64,000 bases of DNA from Nitrospirota bacterium. GTDB taxonomy: Bacteria > Nitrospirota > UBA9217. The first letter of the stretch is position 1. Each line of letters begins with the position of its first letter. Of this stretch, positions 9,709-18,659 are shown piece after piece. The stretch lies in contig OY760142.1 of NCBI GenBank assembly GCA_963663225.1, positions 352,001-416,000 of the forward strand. The letters run 5' to 3'. The position numbers and the translations under genes were made by a program. Under the pieces are notes generated by a model. The model had not been told where the DNA came from, searched no databases, and was given only the letters and a program-made list of their open reading frames with translations.

Positions 9709-11226
9709 TTATGCCCAGGGCTTCTCAGCAGCGGCATTCTTGCCGCACGCCCTGCCGTTGACGATGCAGTCGGTCGTGGCGTTGCCGCCCAGCCTGTTGG
9801 CTCCATGCACGCCTCCTGTGACCTCACCAGCCGCATAAAACCGCGGAATAACATTGCCATGACGATCAATGACCTGCCCTGTTGTCCCTTTGGTTCTTAA
9901 ACCCCCCATGGTATGGTGCGCTCCCGCCTGGGTTGGGCTGGCATAAAACGGCCCTTTTGCGAGCGGTTTAAGATTCGTAACCTTCTTTCCGAACTCCTTG
10001 TCCTCTCCTTTTTTCGCAAACTCATTATAGTTCTTTACCGTGTTCAGGAATTTTTCCTCAGGCACATCAAATTTTTCTTTCAGGATTTTGGCCAGACCGT
10101 CCAGTGTGTCCGCTTTAAATATCAAACCGTCCTTGAGTGTTCGCTCGATTGTCGCGGCGTCAAATCTTTTTTTGCAAAGGTCGTCCGCCACCCACAGCAG
10201 CAGCTTTTTCGGCTGCTGCAAAACCGCATCAGACATGACATCGCGTCTGGCGTCTTCCGCGACAAACCGCTCACCTTTTGTGTTCACGAAGATGGCTGAG
10301 TCAATGCCGAGGTTCGCCAGCGAACCGTATTTCTTTGTATAATAGTTGCACGCGATGAGCAGTTGGATATAATCCATGCCGATTACATCCGCGCCTTCAT
10401 CCTCTGCGCTGATGATTGCCTCACCGGTTGCAGAAGCGACATTTGTCGTCGGCAACTCCACATCAAGAAGCGGCGCATACTTCGAACGCATTTTCACATC
10501 TGCGGCAAAACCGCCTGTCGCCAGCACCACTCCGCGTTTTGCTTTGAAATACAGCTTTTTCCCCTTGTTCTCGGCCTCAACGCCCTGTACCACGCCGGTT
10601 AAAAATCCTTCCCGAACGATTCCGCTCAGCTTGTACCCCATAAGAACCGGGATTTTCCTTTTATCAACTTCAGCTTTCAATGCCTTTACGATTGCGCCAC
10701 CCCGTCCTCCGTTGATAGGGTCATGGCTTCTCGGATAAAGAGAACCGACAATGGTATAGACAGTTGGTTCGAATTGTACGCCCATCTTTTCAAGCCACTT
10801 GACGCCGTCCAGGGCGTTCTCCACCAAAAATCTGACTTTTTCCGGGTCCCCCCGAAAATCACCGCCTGCCAGTGTGTGTTTGTAGTGCAGGTCAACAGAA
10901 TCTTCAATACCCTGTTTTTTCTGGCGTTCAGGGTCCACCGCGTTCATGCCTCCGCTGGCAATAATCGAGTTGCCGCCGATAAATAAATTCTTTTCAAGAA
11001 TGATAACATTGCTACCCGCATCAAATGCTTCAATCGCTGCGGCAAGACCGGCATATCCTGTGCCGATTACCACTACGTCAGCTTCTTTGTCCCATTTTTT
11101 TGGCTGACTTACTGCTTGCAATTCTTTCGGAAACAGCTGTCCGCCTACCACAGCACCAGCGGCAATTGCCGCCGTGGAACCCAGAAAACGCCTTCTTGTA
11201 ATGCCTGACTTTTTCTCACTGCTCAT
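9709..11226 (-). CDS. Second Tat-exported FAD-dependent reductase (flavocytochrome c flavin subunit)
   Basis: TRRRFLG twin-Arg, IGTGYAG, EDARRD, HHTMGG and GGVHGANRLGGNA. Confidence 0.92.
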   Translation of the reverse strand: MSSEKKSGITRRRFLGSTAAIAAGAVVGGQLFPKELQAVSQPKKWDKEADVVVIGTGYAGLAAAIEAFDAGSNVIILEKNLFIGGNSIIASGGMNAVDPERQKKQGIEDSVDLHYKHTLAGGDFRGDPEKVRFLVENALDGVKWLEKMGVQFEPTVYTIVGSLYPRSHDPINGGRGGAIVKALKAEVDKRKIPVLMGYKLSGIVREGFLTGVVQGVEAENKGKKLYFKAKRGVVLATGGFAADVKMRSKYAPLLDVELPTTNVASATGEAIISAEDEGADVIGMDYIQLLIACNYYTKKYGSLANLGIDSAIFVNTKGERFVAEDARRDVMSDAVLQQPKKLLLWVADDLCKKRFDAATIERTLKDGLIFKADTLDGLAKILKEKFDVPEEKFLNTVKNYNEFAKKGEDKEFGKKVTNLKPLAKGPFYASPTQAGAHHTMGGLRTKGTTGQVIDRHGNVIPRFYAAGEVTGGVHGANRLGGNATTDCIVNGRACGKNAAAEKPWA

Positions 11227-11362
11227 ACGCTCCTCCTATAAAGAAATAGTACTCTCGATGATTTCTTCTGAATAGAAAACATGCCACTTGTTTTACCTGC
11301 GACCTGGCTTTTTGTAACTGTACCACTATTTCCAGGACTATAGTAAAAAATAATCCCAAAGT

Positions 11363-11379
11363 TTGGCATCTTATTTGCA
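11363..11379 (+). promoter_or_regulatory. Putative sigma54 -24/-12 promoter of the GGDEF gene
   Basis: TTGGCATCTTATTTGCA (GG-N10-GC) about 27 nt upstream of the ATG and its AAGGAG RBS. Confidence 0.72.
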
Positions 11380-11406
11380 TTATATAAGTTCAAAAAGGAG
11401 ACAGCC

Positions 11407-12507
11407 ATGACGACACCATTTATAAGTCATTACAATAACATCCGGGAAACCATAAAACTCGCGTACAGGCTGGCCCGCGGCATGGATTATCAGGACTTGT
11501 GCCTGTATATGCTGAGAATTAATCAGCAAAAAGATATTGAGGCAATTCTTCAGGAAACTGCGCGATGTTTAAGCGATATTTTGCAATATGATCTTTTCGG
11601 TTTTGTTATGAAAAATAAAGATGCTGTTGATGTTTGGATAGATCCGTACATCTATACAGCACAGTTTGCTGAATATATTGAAAAAGATTTCCAGTGCCAA
11701 AAAAATGACTTCATCATGCACAATATCCAAAAAAATTGTGCGGAAAAAAGTCATAATTTTGACGACATACACATGCAAAACATTGTTTCCTATGATGTTA
11801 TAGAAATTAATTTCGTGGCAAAATTATACATTCTGCCGAAAAGGAAGCTGCTTCATCATCATGACACGATTATCAGCACGATTATCCGAACCTTGGGAAC
11901 CACTCTCGAAAAGTGTTTGAGCGCCAAACAGCTCGAAAACGCCGCCGCGATTGATCCTCTCACCGGTTGTTATAATCGCAGGGCGCTCTTTGACTTCATC
12001 GAAAGCGATATTGCGTATACCCAACGTTACGGTGCTGATCTTTCAATCATCATGATAGATGCTGATAACTTTAAGGAAGTAAATGATATGCACGGACATC
12101 TGGCAGGCGATGTGATCCTGAAGGAAATAGCTTCCTGCATCAATTCCCAGGTCCGGAAAACCGATTATCTTGGCCGGTACGGCGGAGAAGAGTTCGTACT
12201 TGTCCTGCCGGAAACGTCGCTGTATAGCGCGGTGCAACTGGCTGAAAAACTGCGGAAAAAACTAGAATCGCATTCCACAAAAATCGGGAAAAAGAGCCTT
12301 AAGATCACAGCAAGCTTCGGTGTATCAAGCCTCGAAAACAAAACTGACAGCAGCAGTTTCCTGCAGGAAGCTGACGAACGGTTGTACAAAGCGAAGGTTT
12401 TGGGGAAAAATTGTGTCGTGCCTAATCTGCTCCCCTGCTTTGCTGACAAGAATTTCGTTTCGAGAAAGCGCCAGCATAAATATGCAGCCGCAGCTTCAGC
12501 GAAATAA
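11407..12507 (+). CDS. Diguanylate cyclase (GGDEF domain)
   Basis: DPLTGCYNRR, DADNFKEVND.HGHLAGD, RKTD I-site and RYGGEEF. Confidence 0.94.
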   Translation: MTTPFISHYNNIRETIKLAYRLARGMDYQDLCLYMLRINQQKDIEAILQETARCLSDILQYDLFGFVMKNKDAVDVWIDPYIYTAQFAEYIEKDFQCQKNDFIMHNIQKNCAEKSHNFDDIHMQNIVSYDVIEINFVAKLYILPKRKLLHHHDTIISTIIRTLGTTLEKCLSAKQLENAAAIDPLTGCYNRRALFDFIESDIAYTQRYGADLSIIMIDADNFKEVNDMHGHLAGDVILKEIASCINSQVRKTDYLGRYGGEEFVLVLPETSLYSAVQLAEKLRKKLESHSTKIGKKSLKITASFGVSSLENKTDSSSFLQEADERLYKAKVLGKNCVVPNLLPCFADKNFVSRKRQHKYAAAASAK

Positions 12508-12606
12508 TTTGGAATTTTTTTCCATAGTGCAAGAATTTTTTTCCGGCTCGAAAACCCTTCTCTGCACCGTTGCGCACTGTTTTCCTGAAGTTCTGCAGGC
12601 GGCTGC

Positions 12607-13827
12607 CTATGCCGATTTGTAAAACAAGGGATGTGTCACACCGCGGCTGATAAGAAAACCAATCACATCGGCAGGTCTGAAAAACATGCGCAGCTTCCAG
12701 GTGTTCTTTGTTGCCGCGCTGAATACGCGTTCATCAAGCGTATCAATGAGCCGCAGCAGCTCCTCCTGCTCTTCGTCGGTGTAGTCAAAGACCGTTCCTG
12801 GCTTTCGGTCATCCCGCACTGCCGACGCCGTGAGCCGGGCTATGACCTTCCCCACGGCTGTAAAATAGGGTGCTCCTTCAGGAAGGTGAAGAAATCGAGG
12901 GACATTCAGCAGATGGTTCGATACGGCCCGCACGTCCGGCAGGTCCCCTACATGCTCCAGCGTGATGTCCAGCTTTTCTTTACACAAAGAAATCAGGTTT
13001 TTCACCAGCACATGAGTCCTGCCTTCCGGCACACGGTTGATGACGAGCGCAGGATGAAATGATTGCTCTATTTCTTCGATGAGCGGCAGCAGTTCAGGGG
13101 CTGCATTGGTCAGGGTTTCCCGGAACCATTCGAGAGTAAACCGTTTTTCGCTCTTTGCATTCTTGTTTTCCTCATCAATCAATTGTCCCACTACCGGGTG
13201 GTTTTTGAAAACATTCTGCATTTTTCGGTACAGGGCGCCTTTGATAAAGCTGTATGCGTTCATTACCGCACCGGGCTCGGGCGCAGTAATAACCACGCCG
13301 TGGTCGGAGATGCCGAAAAAATCCAGCGTATTAAAATGGACGCCGGCGCCAAGGTCGATAATGATGAAATCGGCGGGAAGCGCCTTGAGATGGCGCATCA
13401 GCTTGAGCTTCATCCAGTGGGGCGGATGGAGCGCCCCCGGTACAAATTCGGCGCCGCTGATAAGCTTCACATTCTTTTCGGTGGTTTCGACGAGGAGGTC
13501 TTCAAGCGAAGAGACCTTGTTCAGCAGAAAATTGGCGATTGTCGGTGTTTGACGAAGGATGCCGAGATAGGTGTGAAGGTTCGCACCGCCCAAATCCAGA
13601 TCAACAAGAATAACCCGGAGCCCTTCTCGTGCCAGCGCCGTGCCCAGGCCGATGGACAGCAAGCTTTTACCGACGCCTCCCTTGCCGCCGCCCACTGATA
13701 TTATAGTTCCGGTTTGTTGTTCCGATTTTTTCATAGGTTCCACTTTAGCAAAGTTTTTCTGAGCTGTAAAGTTTGTTTTCGTCTCCGTTATCCCGCTCTG
13801 CATAGACTTGCCGGACCTCATCGTCAA
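12607..13827 (-). CDS. MinD/FlhG-like P-loop ATPase with C-terminal extension (true start may be further downstream)
   Basis: GGKGGVGKS deviant Walker A, DLDLGGANLHTYLG and IIIDLGAG. Confidence 0.85.
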   Translation of the reverse strand: MTMRSGKSMQSGITETKTNFTAQKNFAKVEPMKKSEQQTGTIISVGGGKGGVGKSLLSIGLGTALAREGLRVILVDLDLGGANLHTYLGILRQTPTIANFLLNKVSSLEDLLVETTEKNVKLISGAEFVPGALHPPHWMKLKLMRHLKALPADFIIIDLGAGVHFNTLDFFGISDHGVVITAPEPGAVMNAYSFIKGALYRKMQNVFKNHPVVGQLIDEENKNAKSEKRFTLEWFRETLTNAAPELLPLIEEIEQSFHPALVINRVPEGRTHVLVKNLISLCKEKLDITLEHVGDLPDVRAVSNHLLNVPRFLHLPEGAPYFTAVGKVIARLTASAVRDDRKPGTVFDYTDEEQEELLRLIDTLDERVFSAATKNTWKLRMFFRPADVIGFLISRGVTHPLFYKSA

Positions 13828-13842
13828 TTGTATTTAAGCACT

Positions 13843-14232
13843 TTATTTCCCACCGAAACTTTTGTCATACAGAATCGAGTATTCCGTTTCCAGTGTCGCG
13901 TACTTCTTTTTCAGAGCATCAAGGTGTTTGTTTTCTGTTTCCAATTTATTTTCAAGTTCTGCCACCCTCGCAACAAGCTGATCTTTTTCCTTCTGAAGCT
14001 GTGCATATGCGGCACTTCCAGAGTGATCCGCAGCAGCTGGTTTGTTATTCGTGGTTTCAGGAGCTTTGTCGCCGGAGATTCCCTGGACTTTTACTTCTAA
14101 AATTTCCTGTAATGCTTTTTGATACAGCCGCCGGTTCACACGGTTTTTAAAAAAGAAAACAATAAACAGCACCATGCACCCTACAGTGAACTCAAGAAAA
14201 AAAAGCATCATAAGCGCGTCAACCTGGATCAT
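13843..14232 (-). CDS. Membrane-anchored coiled-coil protein
   Basis: N-terminal TM and heptad-rich C-terminus; ATGA overlap with the upstream vWA gene. Confidence 0.75.
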   Translation of the reverse strand: MIQVDALMMLFFLEFTVGCMVLFIVFFFKNRVNRRLYQKALQEILEVKVQGISGDKAPETTNNKPAAADHSGSAAYAQLQKEKDQLVARVAELENKLETENKHLDALKKKYATLETEYSILYDKSFGGK

Positions 14233-15791
14233 CGTTTTTTCTCCTGCTGAGGTGTCGCGTCGGCATCAGGCTCCGAGGACTTATTCCCTGTCCGTTTTCT
14301 TTTCAGTTTCTTGTACTGGCGGCAGGCAATGACAACGAGAGACACAGCGCATGCCAAAATAAGATTGACGCTTGCAAAAACACCCAGAACATATCTCCAG
14401 TTAACAGTCTGAGGCGGTTTGAGCGTATTTCCATCTGTACTCAGGCCCTGATTCAATCCTCCGGAGGCAGATATCGACTCAATCGCATGAAACTCGCACA
14501 GCTTTTCCCGTTGGAACGTTTTGCTCTCGGCTTTGACTCGAACCCGGTACATGCCTGCCGTTCCTGCAATAAGTTCTCCGAAAAAAATGCCGGTCTTTAC
14601 TCCGTCCTGACCGGACAATTTGCCGGCAGGCAGTTCAACTCTTTTGATCTTGTTGTCAGGCATACGGATTTCTGCATAGAGGGTCACCTGATTCAGAAAT
14701 TCCGGTTCACGAAGAACTGCATCATACTTCTCCAGCCATGCGTTTATACCGTTTTTTTCTCCTACCCCGGTTACATCACGGTCAAAAAGAGCTTTAAGCT
14801 TCAGATCCGTAACAATAAAAATTCTGTTTCCTTCAGTGCTGCTCAGGCTCACTTTCCAGGTGCCGATTTCAGGCGCCGTAATGGTTATCATGTCAAAAGC
14901 TTCCGATTTGTACCAGGAAATGTTTTTATCGTGCAAATCCTGCAAATGGATTTTCCCGTGAGGATCGGTCAGACCGGTCGAAGTTCCGGGTTTTTTTGTA
15001 ACCAGCAGTATTATCTCCTGAATATTTTTATCAACAAAAAAGCTGTCTCCCTGCAAAGGGAGGGAGTCGGGTGATTTTATTTTTTCAAACGTAGAAACAA
15101 AAACAGTGTGCAGGTCCTTATCGCTTCTGACAAGCACGGCGGTTCCCTTCGTCTCCTCAGCTATTTCCTTCAGCAGGCTCATTTCAGTCATTTCTGTAAA
15201 TGCTATGGCATGGATCACAATGCCCGATCGGGCAATTAACGGCAAAAGTTGCTTTAATTCTTTATAAGCGCTTTCATTCTGCGCAGGTGATCCGAGGTCC
15301 AATATGCCGTTTGACAGCAAAATGATGGTCTTCTTCCCTCGGGAAGAGCTTTTCAGACGGTCGTACGCATTTTGGACAGCCTCTGTGATGTTGGTGTTGA
15401 ATTCCTTCGCGGTAATATTATCTATGCCTTTAAATAACTTCTCCCGGTTCTTTGCATCATTCCGGGTCAAGGGAGCAATTTCCCGCGCTGAATCCCCAAA
15501 ACCTACGATGCTTATTGAATCGTTTTCATCGAGAAGCGAAATAAACAGCTTTGCCGCGGGCTTGCGATAGTCATGCGGATCAATCTGCTTCATTTTTCCG
15601 GAACAATCCAGCAGCAGCACCACATCCGCACCGGAATTATCAGCAGAGGCGTTTTTGAGCATGTTCTTTACATCGGACCGTAAATTTGCTTCCGCATTCC
15701 TCTGTTCAGAAACCGCGGGAGTCGCACCGAAAGACTGGGCCGCGAGACATATGCTAAACAGCAACAGGGTGTATATGCGCATTTTTTGCAT
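14229..15791 (-). CDS. Exported vWA-domain protein with C-terminal TM anchor
   Basis: Signal peptide; DVVLLLDCSGKM and IILLSNG (degenerate MIDAS); C-terminal TM followed by basic residues. Confidence 0.82.
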   Translation of the reverse strand: MQKMRIYTLLLFSICLAAQSFGATPAVSEQRNAEANLRSDVKNMLKNASADNSGADVVLLLDCSGKMKQIDPHDYRKPAAKLFISLLDENDSISIVGFGDSAREIAPLTRNDAKNREKLFKGIDNITAKEFNTNITEAVQNAYDRLKSSSRGKKTIILLSNGILDLGSPAQNESAYKELKQLLPLIARSGIVIHAIAFTEMTEMSLLKEIAEETKGTAVLVRSDKDLHTVFVSTFEKIKSPDSLPLQGDSFFVDKNIQEIILLVTKKPGTSTGLTDPHGKIHLQDLHDKNISWYKSEAFDMITITAPEIGTWKVSLSSTEGNRIFIVTDLKLKALFDRDVTGVGEKNGINAWLEKYDAVLREPEFLNQVTLYAEIRMPDNKIKRVELPAGKLSGQDGVKTGIFFGELIAGTAGMYRVRVKAESKTFQREKLCEFHAIESISASGGLNQGLSTDGNTLKPPQTVNWRYVLGVFASVNLILACAVSLVVIACRQYKKLKRKRTGNKSSEPDADATPQQEKKR

Positions 15792-15908
15792 GATTAATTC
15801 ACCAGGTATCTTATCGGTATGTTTTAGAAAAAATATACTTTCTTCGTATACTTAATACTTAATTTTTATTGCCGATTCAATATCCTGAAAAATAAAGTTT
15901 TTTTCTGC

Positions 15909-15935
15909 TAAAGATATCAAAGGGATTGACGATAA
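15909..15935 (+). promoter_or_regulatory. Putative sigma28 promoter of the TPR gene
   Basis: TAAAGATA-N11-GACGATAA with consensus spacing. Confidence 0.65.
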
Positions 15936-16012
15936 GTATTACTAGGAATTGCCACCCGGGTGCTGGATCAGGTTGTTTTAACAGCATATCCGCGAGGTAA
16001 TGAGACAATACC

Positions 16013-17221
16013 ATGTCAAACACGCTATTTGAGCAAATACAAATTAATGCAAACGCGCTTTTCTCTGCGACTGGCGGCACAGAAGCACAATCCTATCTCA
16101 GCTCCCTTTCGCAATCAGCATTGTCAAACGGCACCACGCTCTACCAAAAGGGCAACTATGCCGCAGCTGCCAAGGAATTTCAAAGGGCCATCAGTTTCGA
16201 TCCTTCCAAAGACAACGCCGTCAAAGCGTACAAATTGTTAGCAACGACGTATATCGCTGCTGGAAAAAACGACGATGCGATCAAGGCCTATAAATCATCC
16301 ATAAAAACGGACCCGTCAAATGATGAAACATACGTAAGTCTCGGTAATCTCTACTATAACAAAGGTGATTATACAAATGCGTTGAAACAATACAAAACCG
16401 CGGCGCAAATCAGCCCGACTTCATCTGCAAATACCTACAGCCTTGCCCAGGGCTACCTTGCGGTGGGTGATTACAAAAACGCAGAGACCCAGTTTCAAAA
16501 AGTCATTCGTTTATCTCCTAAAGAATACTCTGGGTATTATGGCTTGGGACAGACGTACAGCAAAGAAGGTAAATCAGAGGCAGCAATCACGCAGTTTCAG
16601 AAAGTCATCAAGCTTAAACCGACTTTTTACAATGCCTATGTAGACCTCGGCTCGGCCTATGCCGATCTGGGCAAAACAGACCTCGCAAACCAGCAATTAG
16701 CTGTATTGAAAAAACAGTCGTCAAGCATGGCTGCCACGCTCAGCGCGTACATCACAAAAGTCAGTAAACCAAAATTTCTTGCGGCCTATTCCACAGGAGG
16801 TTTTCAACCCGGGCTCGGACCCGGCACGGAGGTTTCCAGCCTGGATTCGAATCTTGCGACTCCGAACTCCTCAACGCTGTTCAGCATGAACTTCTTTTTC
16901 AGCAAAGCAATGGATGTCAGTTCGCTCGTGAACCCGCTGAACTGGAGCATCTCCAAAGCGACCTATGGCTCCACGGGCGGTGCGTATAATTGGGGCCTGG
17001 CCTCAAGCACCGATGTCCCCATTTCACCTTTGCCTCTCAGCGTGCAATATGATTCGAAAACATCCATGGTTACGGTCTCCTTTAAAATCACTCAAAATGC
17101 CGACGGCAATGGCACCATTGATCCTTCACACCTGCAATTCAAGTTTCTGGGAAAGGATATTTACGGCAACTCAATGGATACCTCAGCAGACCAGTACAGC
17201 GGCATCTCATTGTTTACCTGA
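16013..17221 (+). CDS. TPR-repeat protein with a Ser/Thr-rich C-terminal beta-type domain
   Basis: About 6 TPRs (e.g. YVSLGNLYYNKGDYTNALKQYKTA, YYGLGQTYSKEGK). Confidence 0.85.
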   Translation: MSNTLFEQIQINANALFSATGGTEAQSYLSSLSQSALSNGTTLYQKGNYAAAAKEFQRAISFDPSKDNAVKAYKLLATTYIAAGKNDDAIKAYKSSIKTDPSNDETYVSLGNLYYNKGDYTNALKQYKTAAQISPTSSANTYSLAQGYLAVGDYKNAETQFQKVIRLSPKEYSGYYGLGQTYSKEGKSEAAITQFQKVIKLKPTFYNAYVDLGSAYADLGKTDLANQQLAVLKKQSSSMAATLSAYITKVSKPKFLAAYSTGGFQPGLGPGTEVSSLDSNLATPNSSTLFSMNFFFSKAMDVSSLVNPLNWSISKATYGSTGGAYNWGLASSTDVPISPLPLSVQYDSKTSMVTVSFKITQNADGNGTIDPSHLQFKFLGKDIYGNSMDTSADQYSGISLFT

Positions 17222-17467
17222 TACGGATTCAACAGGAGCAAGAAATTTTCGCCCGGGAGCATGCACCTAGTAAAATATGCATATATTGACAAAATAAATT
17301 TTTTTTCTTGCTTTTTCAAAAAAAAATTAGTATATTGACCACGTTAATTTGCTACACACAGAAAATCATGTGCAGCATTCAGCTGACCTGATGCAACAAA
17401 ATACCGGGTCAGCTGAAAAACTACAGCCTGACGAAACAGAAGAAACTGCATGTGAAAGGTCTTACCC

Positions 17468-17836
17468 ATGGCCAAAATACTGGTGGCGGAAAACAGCAGC
17501 GCCGAACTCAAAGTAATCGTGGATATATTCAAGGAAACAAGCCACGAAATTATCACAGCGGCGGATGGCGATGAAGCCGCACGAAAAGCCCGCACGGAAT
17601 CGGTGGACATCGTGATCCTGGACACGCACCTTCCCCAGAAAAACGGCTTTCAGGTCTGCCGTGAACTCCGCAGCGATAAGCAGATGGGCGATGTCCCCAT
17701 TATTATGGTTTGTTCCGAGGACCAGAAAAGCGACCAGGCTTGGGGGCTGAAACAAGGGGCCTCTGAATATCTGCTGAAGCCATTTACGCCCCTCGACTTG
17801 CTGCTTGCTATCAAGAAATATCTCAAAAAGAGCTAG
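17468..17836 (+). CDS. Single-domain response regulator (PilH/CheY-like)
   Basis: VILDTHLPQKNGFQVCRELR, DQAWGLKQGA and LKPF. Confidence 0.9.
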   Translation: MAKILVAENSSAELKVIVDIFKETSHEIITAADGDEAARKARTESVDIVILDTHLPQKNGFQVCRELRSDKQMGDVPIIMVCSEDQKSDQAWGLKQGASEYLLKPFTPLDLLLAIKKYLKKS

Positions 17837-18016
17837 CGGGGAATTTTACAACTACGGCCCTCTGGATCATTATTGAACTGAACGTTACATCCGGCACAAC
17901 ACATCACAAAACATCACAGAAAACCACCGCCGGCAATGGGACACTCTGGAGTCTTTGTATCTCCAAAAGAACGCTTGTAAAGCTTACAGAGAAAATAAAA
18001 ATTACCTTTTTATATT

Positions 18017-18619
18017 TTGCTGAAAGGAGCGGTTGGATTGGAGATGACATTATCAGAAGTTGTTGCAGACATCAGTCAAAACAAAAAAACCGGAATATTG
18101 TCTATTGCCATCAGGGGTGACGCTAAAAATCTGTTCAAGGTCTTTTTCAAAGAGGGGACAATTTATCACCTTACCTGCGGCAATCAAAAGGATTCTGAAT
18201 GTCTGAATTATTATGACACCTTTGATTTTTCATCCTGTTCTTTTTTGGCCAACGCAAAATCCGATGTGCCCCATGCCGTAGGCCTCCCGGCGACTCCGGA
18301 GATAGTAAAACTGTTTCAAAGCAAAAACATTCCCATTGAAATCATACACCCTGACGGGAAGGCAGCTTCAACCGGCGGGGCTGTTGCCATTGCTCCCGCA
18401 GACTATGAAAGAATCAAGGAAGAATTAAAAGTCGCTCTTATCAAACAAATCGGCCCTGCCGGTGGAAAAATATTAACAAAAATAATCAGCGAAAAATGGC
18501 GGGTTCTGTCCCCGGCAAAGGAAGACCTGCAAAGACTGGTTGCTCTTTTAAAAAATGAAATAGATGATGACGCAAACAAAGATCAATTTACTCAGGATGC
18601 GGAACGCATACTCTCATAG
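18017..18619 (+). CDS. DUF4388/PatA-N-like protein (start probably near 18038-18044)
   Basis: LSEVVADISQNKKTGILSI...VFFKEGTIYH resembles DUF4388; C-terminal IGPAG helical domain. Confidence 0.6.
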   Translation: MLKGAVGLEMTLSEVVADISQNKKTGILSIAIRGDAKNLFKVFFKEGTIYHLTCGNQKDSECLNYYDTFDFSSCSFLANAKSDVPHAVGLPATPEIVKLFQSKNIPIEIIHPDGKAASTGGAVAIAPADYERIKEELKVALIKQIGPAGGKILTKIISEKWRVLSPAKEDLQRLVALLKNEIDDDANKDQFTQDAERILS

Positions 18620-18659
18620 ATAAAACGCATTCTTCCGGAATACATTTAAGGAGGGAATC

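Noticed and set aside
8075-11226. Calling the flavoproteins fumarate reductase (frdA/fccA)
   Set aside because: The substrate-binding His of the Q.HPT motif is absent in both, and there are no frdBC genes.
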